Assembly: GCA_902500205.1 (NCBI GenBank)
Contig: GCA_902500205.1_4868.1
DNA: 64,000 nt
Reading direction: 5' to 3' (one strand)
DNA from: Escherichia coli
GTDB taxonomy: Bacteria; Pseudomonadota; Gammaproteobacteria; Enterobacterales; Enterobacteriaceae
Positions 47,918 to 57,613 of this stretch are shown here, one piece after another. A program made the translations under genes and the position numbers. The notes below the pieces were generated by a model. The model saw nothing but the letters and a program-made list of their open reading frames with translations, did not search any database and was not told where the DNA came from. Positions within the stretch are counted from its first letter, which is position 1; every line of letters starts with the position of its first letter.

Positions 47918-48457
47918 ATGCAAATCGTAATTGACTTCGCTCTGTCGGAGTCGAGACGTCAGCTAGATGAAATTCTGTTAGGATTAAAACGTGACGTGGA
48001 ATTTGAACTTCACGACGCGCTGGCCGTCCACGAAAATCGTTTGTCTGACGAAATAGGTTCGGGCGTAGATGTGGCTATCTGTGACACTGGGGATATGGTA
48101 AATCAGCTTATTGAACGTATGTTCACGCGGCTGCGTAACATTCTGAACTATCCCCATCGTTTTGAACTGGTAGAAGGGACGGACCAAATCACTGACTTAT
48201 TGAGTGAAGCCTTTGATAAGGTTGGTGAATCTCTGGCGGGGTTACATCAAGAGAACCTGGGCGAGACATACGTTGCTGTGGTCATTAACGGGCAATCATC
48301 GAACGTCACGGACACGGTAACATGGTCTGATATCGTTGACCAGCCAATCATTGACAAAATCACCAAGTTGTATCGTGATGCGGAAATGAAGGTGCTGGCT
48401 ATCTGTCGTCGTGAACTACTGTATCTCGGCGAGAAATATGGGAAACCTGCTGAATGA
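47918..48457 (+). CDS. Hypothetical protein (179 aa)
   Basis: ORF track; AAGGAGCA RBS. Confidence 0.55.
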   Translation: MQIVIDFALSESRRQLDEILLGLKRDVEFELHDALAVHENRLSDEIGSGVDVAICDTGDMVNQLIERMFTRLRNILNYPHRFELVEGTDQITDLLSEAFDKVGESLAGLHQENLGETYVAVVINGQSSNVTDTVTWSDIVDQPIIDKITKLYRDAEMKVLAICRRELLYLGEKYGKPAE

Positions 48458-48996
48458 AAATATTCATTGATTTACTCGATGACGAATTTCGCGAAATATT
48501 TCCAGCGGCGTTGTTCGAGTTTAAACGCAAGTGTGAAGACTATCTAATACCGAAGAATATCGATCGTCAGCACCTCGCTGGGCTTATCTCTGCAGCGTAT
48601 GTCAATATCGCGGTAAATGAAGTTCATCAACTCGCGCAACGTATTGCGTGTTTCGAATACAACGACGAAGACATTGAAGACGGCTTCCTGCAGTCTAAGA
48701 TGGGTCGCTTCTCACTCGAACTCAAGACCGATGAGGTTATTGATAAGGTCGGTAAAGCGTTTGATGAAATGAAAGACATCGAAATGATGATTAAAATGTC
48801 TGGACCGGAAGCTGGGCCGTTGAAAGAAGCGTGGGAAAATCTCAACCGCGAAGAGTATAAAAAGATGTATATGGAGGAGTTCACCACTATGCTACGTCAT
48901 CTCGAAGCGCAGGTCTGGGAGCATATCGTTTCACGTCTGAAAGAAATACTGATTGTGGTCGAACCAATGCAGCCCATCACTATTGGCAATTTCTAG
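48454..48996 (+). CDS. Hypothetical protein (180 aa)
   Basis: ORF track; start overlaps the upstream stop. Confidence 0.55.
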   Translation: MKIFIDLLDDEFREIFPAALFEFKRKCEDYLIPKNIDRQHLAGLISAAYVNIAVNEVHQLAQRIACFEYNDEDIEDGFLQSKMGRFSLELKTDEVIDKVGKAFDEMKDIEMMIKMSGPEAGPLKEAWENLNREEYKKMYMEEFTTMLRHLEAQVWEHIVSRLKEILIVVEPMQPITIGNF

Positions 48997-49001
48997 TTAA
49001 A

Positions 49002-49035
49002 CGGACACTCTTCGGGGTGTCCGTAGTTTTATTTT
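49002..49035 (+). terminator. Rho-independent terminator
   Basis: Hairpin cggacac-tcttcgg-ggtgtccg followed by a T-run. Confidence 0.65.
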
Positions 49036-49064
49036 AATCGACCATTAATCTAAAGGAGTATTAA

Positions 49065-49988
49065 ATGGACAGCTTTCTTTTTGATTTGGCAGAATCGGTA
49101 AATGTAGATGTAATCGGTATGCGCGAATCCCCGAGTAATTTCTTAAACGGTCTTACTAAAATCGACGAACGTGTGAAATCCAGAAGTGGAGATCCCGCCA
49201 TCATCGAGCAATACGCAATAGCCCATTGTGGCGAGATAGGCCAGCACTTTATACCGATTGAGGCGTTCCTAAAGAACTGCTTCGCCGAAGAATGCACCGC
49301 AGACTTCCTGTCTCTTGCCTACGGCTGGCGATACGGGGGTATCCAAATGGAATTTGATCTTAATATTTTTGAACAAGTTCTACTTGGCGACGTTCTCACT
49401 GAGATACCACGCAGCTGGATAGACAAGATTCCCGGTTGGGCCGTCTCCTTTTCAGTGTGCTATCGCGCTAAAGATATCGGTATCCAAGAAAAGACTTACG
49501 TTTTCGGTCGGCGAATGTTTAAAGGGAAAGATTGTTTAACAATGATGATTTTTGGAAAACGTATCGAGGGGGAAACCTTTGAAATCGTGGACGTGGGTGA
49601 CGGCTTTGTATCCTTGCGTGTGGCGGAAACTGGTACGCCGGCCAATGAGAAAACGTTACGCATTGTCGGCGCTACCATGTTTACATTCTCACTGATCCCG
49701 CACAACCCTACACCCGTCAAACTGAGACAATTAACTGGAAAGAAACGTATCGCCAATTACCACATTGAACCAAAATCTAAACCGACTGTCCTCTCCACCG
49801 TAAAAGCACAAAGCGAGTATCTTGAAGAATTTGATACTGATACGGAGAAAAGAACACAAGGTAGCAGATGTGCGCATATGCGTCGTGCACACTGGTGTAC
49901 TTACTGGCTCGGTCCACGTGACGGGAATCGGACAAAGATTTTGAAATGGATACCGCCGACATTTGTCAACGGTTCTAAATGCAAATAA
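49065..49988 (+). CDS. Hypothetical protein (307 aa)
   Basis: ORF track; AAGGAG RBS. Confidence 0.6.
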   Translation: MDSFLFDLAESVNVDVIGMRESPSNFLNGLTKIDERVKSRSGDPAIIEQYAIAHCGEIGQHFIPIEAFLKNCFAEECTADFLSLAYGWRYGGIQMEFDLNIFEQVLLGDVLTEIPRSWIDKIPGWAVSFSVCYRAKDIGIQEKTYVFGRRMFKGKDCLTMMIFGKRIEGETFEIVDVGDGFVSLRVAETGTPANEKTLRIVGATMFTFSLIPHNPTPVKLRQLTGKKRIANYHIEPKSKPTVLSTVKAQSEYLEEFDTDTEKRTQGSRCAHMRRAHWCTYWLGPRDGNRTKILKWIPPTFVNGSKCK

Positions 49989-49997
49989 AATAAAGCC

Positions 49998-50038
49998 TAC
50001 CCACTCCCCTTACGGGAGTGGGTAATGCTTATTTTTTT
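49998..50038. terminator. Bidirectional rho-independent terminator
   Basis: Hairpin tacccactccc-cttacg-ggagtgggta with a long T-run; lies between convergent genes. Confidence 0.7.
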
Positions 50039-50794
50039 TTATTTTTTGTTTGCTTTCAGGGTCTTGAGGCGATCACCGGTTACGTTCAGGCATTCTGTCA
50101 GTTCATTAATCTGTTTCATAAACAGTCCGAACAGCTCAACCCAGTCAGCACCCATGTCAGCCATTTTCACTAACTCTGCCGCCACATTAGGATGGACTTG
50201 TGAATTAGAGATAATGTCTACAGAGACATTGATGCTTTCAACTGTACGGTCAATACCTTTCTGGAGTTTCTTAGTCACTTCCAGGTTCAACGCTTTGGCA
50301 CGATTAAATGCAACATCGATCTCGCCCGCGCTGTGGTAGGTCTTTTCAATCGGACGCTGGTCAATGACGTTGTTGGTATACGACTTCGCCAGTTTCTCAA
50401 CCAGATCTTTTGGATTGATATTTTTCAGCGGGTAGTTCAGGTCTTTGAACTTAAACCCAATCGGCAGAGTTAACATGCCCAGGTCATGGGTCATCGCGCC
50501 GAAACGTTTATCGATGGGTGTTAAAACCCCTTCCTGAATCTTCTGGAGCACAGCCCATACAGATTCCAACCGTTCTATGTGGTCCATCACATACGTGTTG
50601 AAGCCCGGAGGTACGGGTACAAGCATTCCGGTAAAGTTTAAAAACTTCTCTTGCTGCATCCACTTGGACACATCAGACATGTCGTCATAGGTGGTCAGCG
50701 TGAGTTCCTGTTGAGAGCCGCTAAAGGCTTTAGGCAGAATCGTGGATGCTTTGGCAACAAAGCCCGACAACGCTGCAAGTGGATTAACATTCAT
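50039..50794 (-). CDS. Hypothetical protein (251 aa)
   Basis: ORF track; single minus-strand gene between two plus-strand blocks. Confidence 0.6.
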   Translation of the reverse strand: MNVNPLAALSGFVAKASTILPKAFSGSQQELTLTTYDDMSDVSKWMQQEKFLNFTGMLVPVPPGFNTYVMDHIERLESVWAVLQKIQEGVLTPIDKRFGAMTHDLGMLTLPIGFKFKDLNYPLKNINPKDLVEKLAKSYTNNVIDQRPIEKTYHSAGEIDVAFNRAKALNLEVTKKLQKGIDRTVESINVSVDIISNSQVHPNVAAELVKMADMGADWVELFGLFMKQINELTECLNVTGDRLKTLKANKK

Positions 50795-50892
50795 TCTATC
50801 AACCTCGAATATATAAGGGATTGGGCTACATAGTAAGTCTTTTACGTATCACCCAAACCTTATGTACGAGAACTGCAAAAAGGTAACACCTG

Positions 50893-51192
50893 ATGAGAAT
50901 CAAATTACTGACTCGCGCTTTAACCTCTCGTATCGAACCTGAGATTTACACCACCCCGACGAAGAAGAATACCGATGGTAGTCCGATCGTGGTTGGTAAA
51001 ATCCTGAACGTGACCACTCGTGCTGATGGTCAGCGCGTTCTGGAAATCGAAATCGACGAACGTAACCGTAACCGCTTCAGGGGCATTTCTAATATCAACC
51101 CTAAAGATGACAGTCAAGTCACCGAGTGGGCAGAAATGCATTTCGAAGTTTGGCATAAACGTCGTCTGTTACTCCCACTGAAAAAACGCTAA
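50893..51192 (+). CDS. Hypothetical protein (99 aa)
   Basis: ORF track. Confidence 0.5.
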   Translation: MRIKLLTRALTSRIEPEIYTTPTKKNTDGSPIVVGKILNVTTRADGQRVLEIEIDERNRNRFRGISNINPKDDSQVTEWAEMHFEVWHKRRLLLPLKKR

Positions 51193-51207
51193 TTGACGGA
51201 GCGCTAA

Positions 51208-52701
51208 ATGGCAGGTCCAGCTAAACAAGTCATGGGTGAAGTGATTCGCCCTCGTTTTAACGTATATACCATCATGGACCACGCTCTCGGTAACTACGAG
51301 CGCGGGGAAGATGGTTTGTACTACCTCAACGGTGGTTTTGCCCACATCATGGGCTTCGCAGGTCGTGGGAACACTTTTAAGTCTACCTTATTAGACTTCT
51401 GCATTTTCATGATTCTGCAACGTTATAATGCGGCCTGGGGATCGAAATACGATACCGAAGTTACGGCAGCATTAAGTCGTCTGGAAACAGGGTACATTTC
51501 CGCAGCGAAAGCAAACGGATTAGAAGTATCACCAACAGGCGGCGTGCTGGACCTGATCCACGAAGGTCGTTACAACATGGTTGGCTCGGATATCATGGCA
51601 GGTGAAGAATATTACTCTGCCTATATTCGTGATGAAGTCGAAAAACGTTTCAAAGAGTATATGGCTGGTAAGGCACGCGAAACACCATTCCCTGACCCAA
51701 TCCGTCGCTCTGCGAAAAAGATTCTCGACCCGTGGTTGTACTCGATTGACTCCCTGTCCGAATGGCACACCTCTTCTCTGGAAGAGAAACATGCCAAATC
51801 AGAAGTCGGTGATTCTGAACAGAACATCCTGAACGCCCATGATGCCCTGCAGAAATCGAATATGATGAGCCGTTGGCCGTCTGCGTTTGCGCGTGGTGGT
51901 TTCTATATGGGCTTCGTTGCTCAGTTGGCCGACGATGCGGGTAAAGCAATGGCGGCAGGTGGCCGTGGTGGACCGAAGGCGAACGGTAAACTGTTGGACG
52001 ATGCAGGCGATGATCTGAAGTTTGCTGGTATCCCGCGTCGTCAGTTGTCGTTCTTAACTAACTCCCTGCTGGTTGCAACCAAGTCTGGTGAGTTGAAGCA
52101 GGATCAGACTTACAACGCGAAGACCGGTGTAAACGAAGAGAAATACCCGACTGCGCGTTCGAAAGCAATGAATGCTTCGGTGAACGACCTGAAAGAAATC
52201 GTGTTCACACAGTACCGTGCGAAGGGTGGTCACACAGGCGTTAAGTTCAAAATGGTCTTCTCACAGGAGATGGGTCTGCTTTATCACCTCTCTCTGTGGC
52301 ATTACCTGAGCGACACACTGAAAGATGAATGGGGCTACAAACGTAGTGGTGCTAACTATACCCTCGATTTGCTACCTGGTACATCTTTCATGCGTACCAC
52401 GATTCGCGACATGTGTGACAGCAACCCGCGTTTGCGCCGTGCGTTGGAAATCACCGCCGCATTAGCGTACATGCAGAATAACTACCACCGACTGGAAATG
52501 AAATACCATCTCTCACCGGCGGAGCTTTATAAAGTTATCGACGAAAAGTGGGACTGGAATGAAATTCTGGACAATACAGTGGAATACTGGATGTTCAAGG
52601 ATCAGGAAGTCAAAGGTGGTAAGCGTTGCTTAACAGCAATGTCATTACTGGCGATGGCCGTGGATGGTCTGGAACCTAAGTTCTTGACTAAGAAGAAATA
52701 A
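51208..52701 (+). CDS. Hypothetical protein (497 aa)
   Basis: ORF track; contains GFAGRGNTFKST, which may be a degenerate P-loop; not assigned. Confidence 0.6.
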   Translation: MAGPAKQVMGEVIRPRFNVYTIMDHALGNYERGEDGLYYLNGGFAHIMGFAGRGNTFKSTLLDFCIFMILQRYNAAWGSKYDTEVTAALSRLETGYISAAKANGLEVSPTGGVLDLIHEGRYNMVGSDIMAGEEYYSAYIRDEVEKRFKEYMAGKARETPFPDPIRRSAKKILDPWLYSIDSLSEWHTSSLEEKHAKSEVGDSEQNILNAHDALQKSNMMSRWPSAFARGGFYMGFVAQLADDAGKAMAAGGRGGPKANGKLLDDAGDDLKFAGIPRRQLSFLTNSLLVATKSGELKQDQTYNAKTGVNEEKYPTARSKAMNASVNDLKEIVFTQYRAKGGHTGVKFKMVFSQEMGLLYHLSLWHYLSDTLKDEWGYKRSGANYTLDLLPGTSFMRTTIRDMCDSNPRLRRALEITAALAYMQNNYHRLEMKYHLSPAELYKVIDEKWDWNEILDNTVEYWMFKDQEVKGGKRCLTAMSLLAMAVDGLEPKFLTKKK

Positions 52702-52746
52702 GCATTGGCGGGGCAACCCGCCTGTTTTTCCCCCTGAGGATTAGCG

Positions 52747-53022
52747 ATGCGTTATCAGAAAGATATTGTAGAGCGTCTGTGTCTGGGTCTCGCTGGTATT
52801 AGCCAGGAACTTAGCACCGCGTTCCATAACGAGTTCTCAGCACCGCGACATGCACTGTCTGAATTTAGTCATCAGGTAAATGCCCATTACGGCAACCTGA
52901 TTAATGATAAACCGAAGGTTGATGCGGTCGGTGTGCCTGAACACAATGAAGATATCCCGTACTGGATTGAAGACCTGGAACGTGTGGTTCTTCCAGTGCT
53001 CCGTGAGAGGATGAAAAAATGA
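52747..53022 (+). CDS. Hypothetical protein (91 aa)
   Basis: ORF track. Confidence 0.5.
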   Translation: MRYQKDIVERLCLGLAGISQELSTAFHNEFSAPRHALSEFSHQVNAHYGNLINDKPKVDAVGVPEHNEDIPYWIEDLERVVLPVLRERMKK

Positions 53023-53687
53023 GATTAGACCCGGCACGGCGAAAAAAAGCAGAAGCTTATGCTTTACAGTTACTGAACTTAGTTGACCCGACCGGGATTA
53101 ACGCGGAAGCTGCCAAGCGCGCTTTCTCACGAATGTCTGACGAGGAGTTCAATCGTCTGCGCGAAGGGTTGCCTGTTTACAACCCAACTGGCGGCAAGGT
53201 CAAAATTGACCACATGCGCAATATTAAAATTTGCGAAGCGATGGGACTGAACTTGTGTCAGCGCCTGTGGCTCACGGAACCGAAAACCGGTATCCTACAA
53301 CGTACCCGTTACCCCCATTTAGTCTTCCGCCTGCCTGCACGTCGCCAGACGCAGATGCAAGAGAAGAAAATGGCGGTGGCGAAGAACGATAAAGTCCGCG
53401 ATAAACTCTCAGGTCAGGTAGTAGGACCTTCCAAAGCTTCGGGTGTTTCGTTTCCAGAAGCCTACATCATGTACTCGGATGGACACGACTCAACGCTCCA
53501 GGAGTTCCTGTGGGCGCGTGGTGGTAACGATACGTTACAACGTGCGTTCTATCAATCGCTACGGCAAACCGGTAAAGGTCGCATCAACCTGGAAGGGGCT
53601 GAGCGTACCAGTTCAAAAGCGCCGCGTACATGGTCTTCGTACTTTAAAGCAATGCACATCGGTAACAACTTAGGACGCCCGGAATGA
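53019..53687 (+). CDS. Hypothetical protein (222 aa)
   Basis: ORF track; overlapping stop/start. Confidence 0.55.
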   Translation: MRLDPARRKKAEAYALQLLNLVDPTGINAEAAKRAFSRMSDEEFNRLREGLPVYNPTGGKVKIDHMRNIKICEAMGLNLCQRLWLTEPKTGILQRTRYPHLVFRLPARRQTQMQEKKMAVAKNDKVRDKLSGQVVGPSKASGVSFPEAYIMYSDGHDSTLQEFLWARGGNDTLQRAFYQSLRQTGKGRINLEGAERTSSKAPRTWSSYFKAMHIGNNLGRPE

Positions 53688-54412
53688 GATTAGGACGCCG
53701 TTTCTTAGTCGATATCGACACAATCTTCGATACACGAATTGGTTGGGCGAAAGTGCTGCAGCCTGATGTATTAGAGAAGCTTGATTTAGAAGTGTATCGG
53801 ATGCGGTTCACAGATGCGTGGGCCGAAGTGGTAGGAATTCAGGACTGGAATAAAAAGTTCGCGGAGCGTGATAAACGCGCGTTGCAGAACGCGCAGCCAA
53901 CAGAAATGTTGCTTACGCTAAAGAACGAAGTACAGGCAATGTTAATGACGATACAGATGCACGCTCCTATCGAGCGGCCAGTCTTAACGTTTAACCTGTG
54001 GCCATACGCTGATCTCGATGATGAAGAACGTCATGCGTTTTTGGAAGAGCTGCGTTACTACTATAACGAAGTGCAAGTAGACGTCGTTGTTATTCCTCAC
54101 AGCGATCTTACACCAGGACGACTTGCTTCGGCGTGGGACGGTTGGATAATGTACGACTGGTACCCGTGGATAGAACAACACGCGGGCCATTTCCAGAAAC
54201 CGATTCCGGATTTTACGATTACCCGACCGAGTATGCTGACCAGCGAATTAACGGAAGAAGCAATCGCGCAAATAAAAAGAGATAAGGTGAACCCCTTTAA
54301 GGAGTCCACCCGTTTTCTTGCCCAATACGTCGGTACTGACGTAAAGGACACTGCGCTGTTTAGTCTTCGTCGTCATCAGCAGGACGACGACTCGCAAACG
54401 CAGACGCCATGA
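53684..54412 (+). CDS. Hypothetical protein (242 aa)
   Basis: ORF track; overlapping stop/start. Confidence 0.55.
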   Translation: MRLGRRFLVDIDTIFDTRIGWAKVLQPDVLEKLDLEVYRMRFTDAWAEVVGIQDWNKKFAERDKRALQNAQPTEMLLTLKNEVQAMLMTIQMHAPIERPVLTFNLWPYADLDDEERHAFLEELRYYYNEVQVDVVVIPHSDLTPGRLASAWDGWIMYDWYPWIEQHAGHFQKPIPDFTITRPSMLTSELTEEAIAQIKRDKVNPFKESTRFLAQYVGTDVKDTALFSLRRHQQDDDSQTQTP

Positions 54413-54830
54413 TCTGGTCAACGTCAATCTTTTCGCCTACTGGTGCCAACTCACCTTCTTTCGGAGGCCGTACTGCGGCAATCTGTGGGACGGTGGGTTG
54501 GTATCCGTTATTTAAATCTTCTTCATCATCGTGACGTTTGATACCAACGCCAGCACGGGTCATTAAGAAGCCGTTTAAACTGTTGGCCAAATCTTGAGTC
54601 GCCTCAGCGCCTTTCTCAGCAGCTTTAATTTTCCGCTTCGTCATGACCTGTTTGTCGATGCCGTTGATTAGGCGCTCGATTCGGTCGACGGCTTTTAAGT
54701 CTTTGTGTACTTCACCGTCGTTAACCATATCTGTGACGAGCTTAACGCGTAGCTGTTGTGTTTGGCGGAGAAGCGAATCTTCGTTGTCCACATCTCCGTC
54801 GAACGCTTGGTATTTCACTTCTTCGCTCAT
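54360..54830 (-). CDS. Hypothetical acidic protein (156 aa), convergent with the upstream plus-strand gene
   Basis: ORF with GAGG-type RBS by my reading; highly acidic termini; its 3' end overlaps the 3' end of the gene at 53684..54412. Confidence 0.4.
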   Translation of the reverse strand: MSEEVKYQAFDGDVDNEDSLLRQTQQLRVKLVTDMVNDGEVHKDLKAVDRIERLINGIDKQVMTKRKIKAAEKGAEATQDLANSLNGFLMTRAGVGIKRHDDEEDLNNGYQPTVPQIAAVRPPKEGELAPVGEKIDVDQIMASAFASRRPADDDED

Positions 54831-54854
54831 GGGATAACCTCATCTCAAAAAGAA

Positions 54855-54879
54855 CTCAGACAGATATTATCTATCCGAG
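54855..54879 (+). promoter_or_regulatory. Recurrent motif copy 6 (ctCAGACAGATATTATCTATCCGAG)
   Basis: Motif match about 28 bp upstream of the ATG at 54907; sits in a divergent intergenic region. Confidence 0.45.
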
Positions 54880-54906
54880 ACAACATCTCATAATAGGATA
54901 ACACCT

Positions 54907-55437
54907 ATGCTTTTTAAATGGCTTTCAACACTCCTGCGTCGTAAGGCTGTAGAAGCTCGCAGACGCTCTTTGGAGGCTGAGTTTCATAAGAATACCCATA
55001 ACACCCTGCACAGAGTGATGGTGGGCTTAGAACTCATTACAGAGCCTCTGGAATATAATGGGAAAGAATACCTTCCTTTTTCATTGCGTGGACAACTCGA
55101 ATTACGTATTCGAGATTTTGACACGTTGGTGGAGCGATTGGAATTCTTCATTTCTGAGTATAACCGTGTATCCAGTAGCAACATTCCCAATCAACGTTGG
55201 TTAGAGTTGCCTGAGGCAATCGATAGAAAAGGAGAGAGTTCAGAACCACGATGGCTTGATCATTATTTCGGTGCATCCGATCCTGAAGTCGCGCGTGATA
55301 AACTGCGCACAGTCTTCGCTATGTTAGAACTGTATCAGCGTGCATTTGATAAACAAACACCCGAACAGGATACGCTGTTTAATCAAACCGCACATATCTT
55401 CCGCGAGTTAGAAGTGATAGTGGAACACTATCTCTAA
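54907..55437 (+). CDS. Hypothetical protein (176 aa)
   Basis: ORF track. Confidence 0.55.
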   Translation: MLFKWLSTLLRRKAVEARRRSLEAEFHKNTHNTLHRVMVGLELITEPLEYNGKEYLPFSLRGQLELRIRDFDTLVERLEFFISEYNRVSSSNIPNQRWLELPEAIDRKGESSEPRWLDHYFGASDPEVARDKLRTVFAMLELYQRAFDKQTPEQDTLFNQTAHIFRELEVIVEHYL

Positions 55438-55470
55438 CTTTTAATCTATTCCCTTGTAACAAGGTGATGT

Positions 55471-56349
55471 ATGGATGATGAGAAAAAGCCGCCGCTGAAT
55501 AGCACACGCGAGCAAATTTGGCACGGTACGCCACCAGCGTCGGATACCAGCTACCCGTTAAGGAATGCTTATTGGAATCTGGTTAAGTTGATGGGTATTA
55601 GCGACGGGATATGGAAAGACCTTATCCGTCAACATGTCAACGACCCGGAGTATCTGAAACAGTTTCGTGACAGCAAACTGACCACGATGACCGACCGCGT
55701 TAACCGGCTGAACACCTCACTTACGGGTGGTTCGGTACGTAACCTGACAGTCGATTTTACGTGGAAACGTTTCATCGAGGGATTAGTTATCCTGGAGATG
55801 CAAACGCTAACAGTCACCATGCTGACTAAGCGGGGAAGCTTTGACACGAAGTGTTTTGTATTCGACAGTACGTTTGTGCGTGAGGACTTCATTAAGAACT
55901 TACGTAATGAGAACAGGAAGAAACGTAAAGAGCGTTTCGAGCATCCTGCATCTCACGACGTTAACGAGTATATCGCGAACATCGATCACACCATCGAACA
56001 TGTGATGAAGCATATTCTCCTGCGTTTAATCTACAAAATTATTCGTGGGTATAAAATCGATGGTGATAAACTGGAACGGTGGACGACGAACTACGTCAAC
56101 AACCCTAAGTTGTGCCCAGGCACATCATCCAAACGTGGGGACAGACGAAACAACATGAAACAGGCGATGCGTCACACCGAGGCAATCACCTGGCGTTGGT
56201 TTCTAATAATCTTACAAGCGCTGGACGTACGTGAGTTCGAAATCACTTTCAAAGTTCGCCATCGCAGTGGTAGAGAATATGAGGTCAGCGACAACGTTCC
56301 GTTAGCGACGTATAGATTCTGGAGTTCCAATGAAACTGAACAACCTTGA
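55471..56349 (+). CDS. Hypothetical protein (292 aa)
   Basis: ORF track. Confidence 0.55.
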   Translation: MDDEKKPPLNSTREQIWHGTPPASDTSYPLRNAYWNLVKLMGISDGIWKDLIRQHVNDPEYLKQFRDSKLTTMTDRVNRLNTSLTGGSVRNLTVDFTWKRFIEGLVILEMQTLTVTMLTKRGSFDTKCFVFDSTFVREDFIKNLRNENRKKRKERFEHPASHDVNEYIANIDHTIEHVMKHILLRLIYKIIRGYKIDGDKLERWTTNYVNNPKLCPGTSSKRGDRRNNMKQAMRHTEAITWRWFLIILQALDVREFEITFKVRHRSGREYEVSDNVPLATYRFWSSNETEQP

Positions 56350-57604
56350 TGGGATTACCAACCAGATAAGCAGCACAACGGGCGCAATAGAGAACAAAGT
56401 TAACGATGTTCAAAACCGTGTCCAGTCAACGATTGGTAATGCCGAGCGCGGTATTGAAAGTGCTCAAAATTTGTACAATAACGCAACTGCTAAAGCCGGA
56501 GAGACGTTCGACAAGATCTCCAACATTGGCAACACGATAAGTGAGAAATTTGGTAACGTGTTCGGGGGTGGCGACCAAGTCACGGTAGGCGGTAAAAAGG
56601 CAGCAGGTTCAGCGGCTTCCGGAGTATCGCCGCCACAACGTGTGCCTACTTTTGCTTCCAACACGAAAGAAGCGCTGCCAGTTATCGATCCACAGAAGCG
56701 TGATGTGTCCGAACCCTTTCAGAAGGTAAACCAGGAAGGGAAAACTGCACTGAGCTATCTCTCACCGGGCGGCGCAGGTAGTCTGTTAAGTAAGGGATGG
56801 GATACACTGACTGATCTTCGCGATAGCGCTTTAAGCGCGGTCGGGACAGATTATGCGTCAGTGAAAGCTCGCCTGGAATCCACGATGAACATCGCGGGAC
56901 AGCTTGCCAAACTGCCTGGTGAGGTACAGCGTGAAATCGGTAACTACGTCGATATGGCCAATAGCGCCAAGTGGCAAGTCACCGCACTGATTGACGATGT
57001 TACGCACACGTTTGATAGCTTTAAGGACCTGGACGACTTCTTGTCTATCGACGGGATCATTGATAGCTTTACGGGCGGGAGTGGAAATTTCTCCTCGCTG
57101 GATATCAACACCTCGTCTGCGTTGATATACGGTATGTCCACGAAGCTCAATCAATACGGTCTGCCGAATCGCATCGATCCGATGATTCAGGCTATCACCG
57201 ATCCTGTTGCACAACAAGCGTTGTACGGCGAACTGATGATACAGGCTGCGGCTGCGGGTAATCTCAATTCTGTTGAGTATTACTTGCCTAAACTACAGCC
57301 AGGTCAAGGTGCTGAGATTGCAGATACTGTTATTCAGAATCTTCTGATGAACCTTAACGTTGAGCCGGGTGTGGGTTACGGCACCTACGGCCAACGACTG
57401 TTGACGTTGTTTAAAACGCTTAATCCAAACTGGGATATCTCTAAAACGAATCCTGGAATGGTTGAGCTTAAGCTTTACACGTACGCCAACAGTAATGCGA
57501 TTCAAGCACTCCTGACCACCGAGAAACGTCCGTACGTTATCGCCGGTGGTAGTGTCCAATATCAGTCTGCCAGTACGCTGGTGCAGAGCTATTTCGCCTT
57601 GTAA
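56330..57604 (+). CDS. Hypothetical protein (424 aa)
   Basis: ORF track; Gly/Ser/Ala-rich N-terminal half. Confidence 0.55.
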   Translation: MKLNNLDGITNQISSTTGAIENKVNDVQNRVQSTIGNAERGIESAQNLYNNATAKAGETFDKISNIGNTISEKFGNVFGGGDQVTVGGKKAAGSAASGVSPPQRVPTFASNTKEALPVIDPQKRDVSEPFQKVNQEGKTALSYLSPGGAGSLLSKGWDTLTDLRDSALSAVGTDYASVKARLESTMNIAGQLAKLPGEVQREIGNYVDMANSAKWQVTALIDDVTHTFDSFKDLDDFLSIDGIIDSFTGGSGNFSSLDINTSSALIYGMSTKLNQYGLPNRIDPMIQAITDPVAQQALYGELMIQAAAAGNLNSVEYYLPKLQPGQGAEIADTVIQNLLMNLNVEPGVGYGTYGQRLLTLFKTLNPNWDISKTNPGMVELKLYTYANSNAIQALLTTEKRPYVIAGGSVQYQSASTLVQSYFAL

Positions 57605-57613
57605 GGTACCTCT

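Noticed and set aside
51208-52701. Calling the 497-aa protein a RecA/UvsX-like recombinase from its GRGNTFKST segment
   Set aside because: The segment lacks the canonical GxxxxGK[ST] spacing and no Walker B was identified; left as hypothetical.
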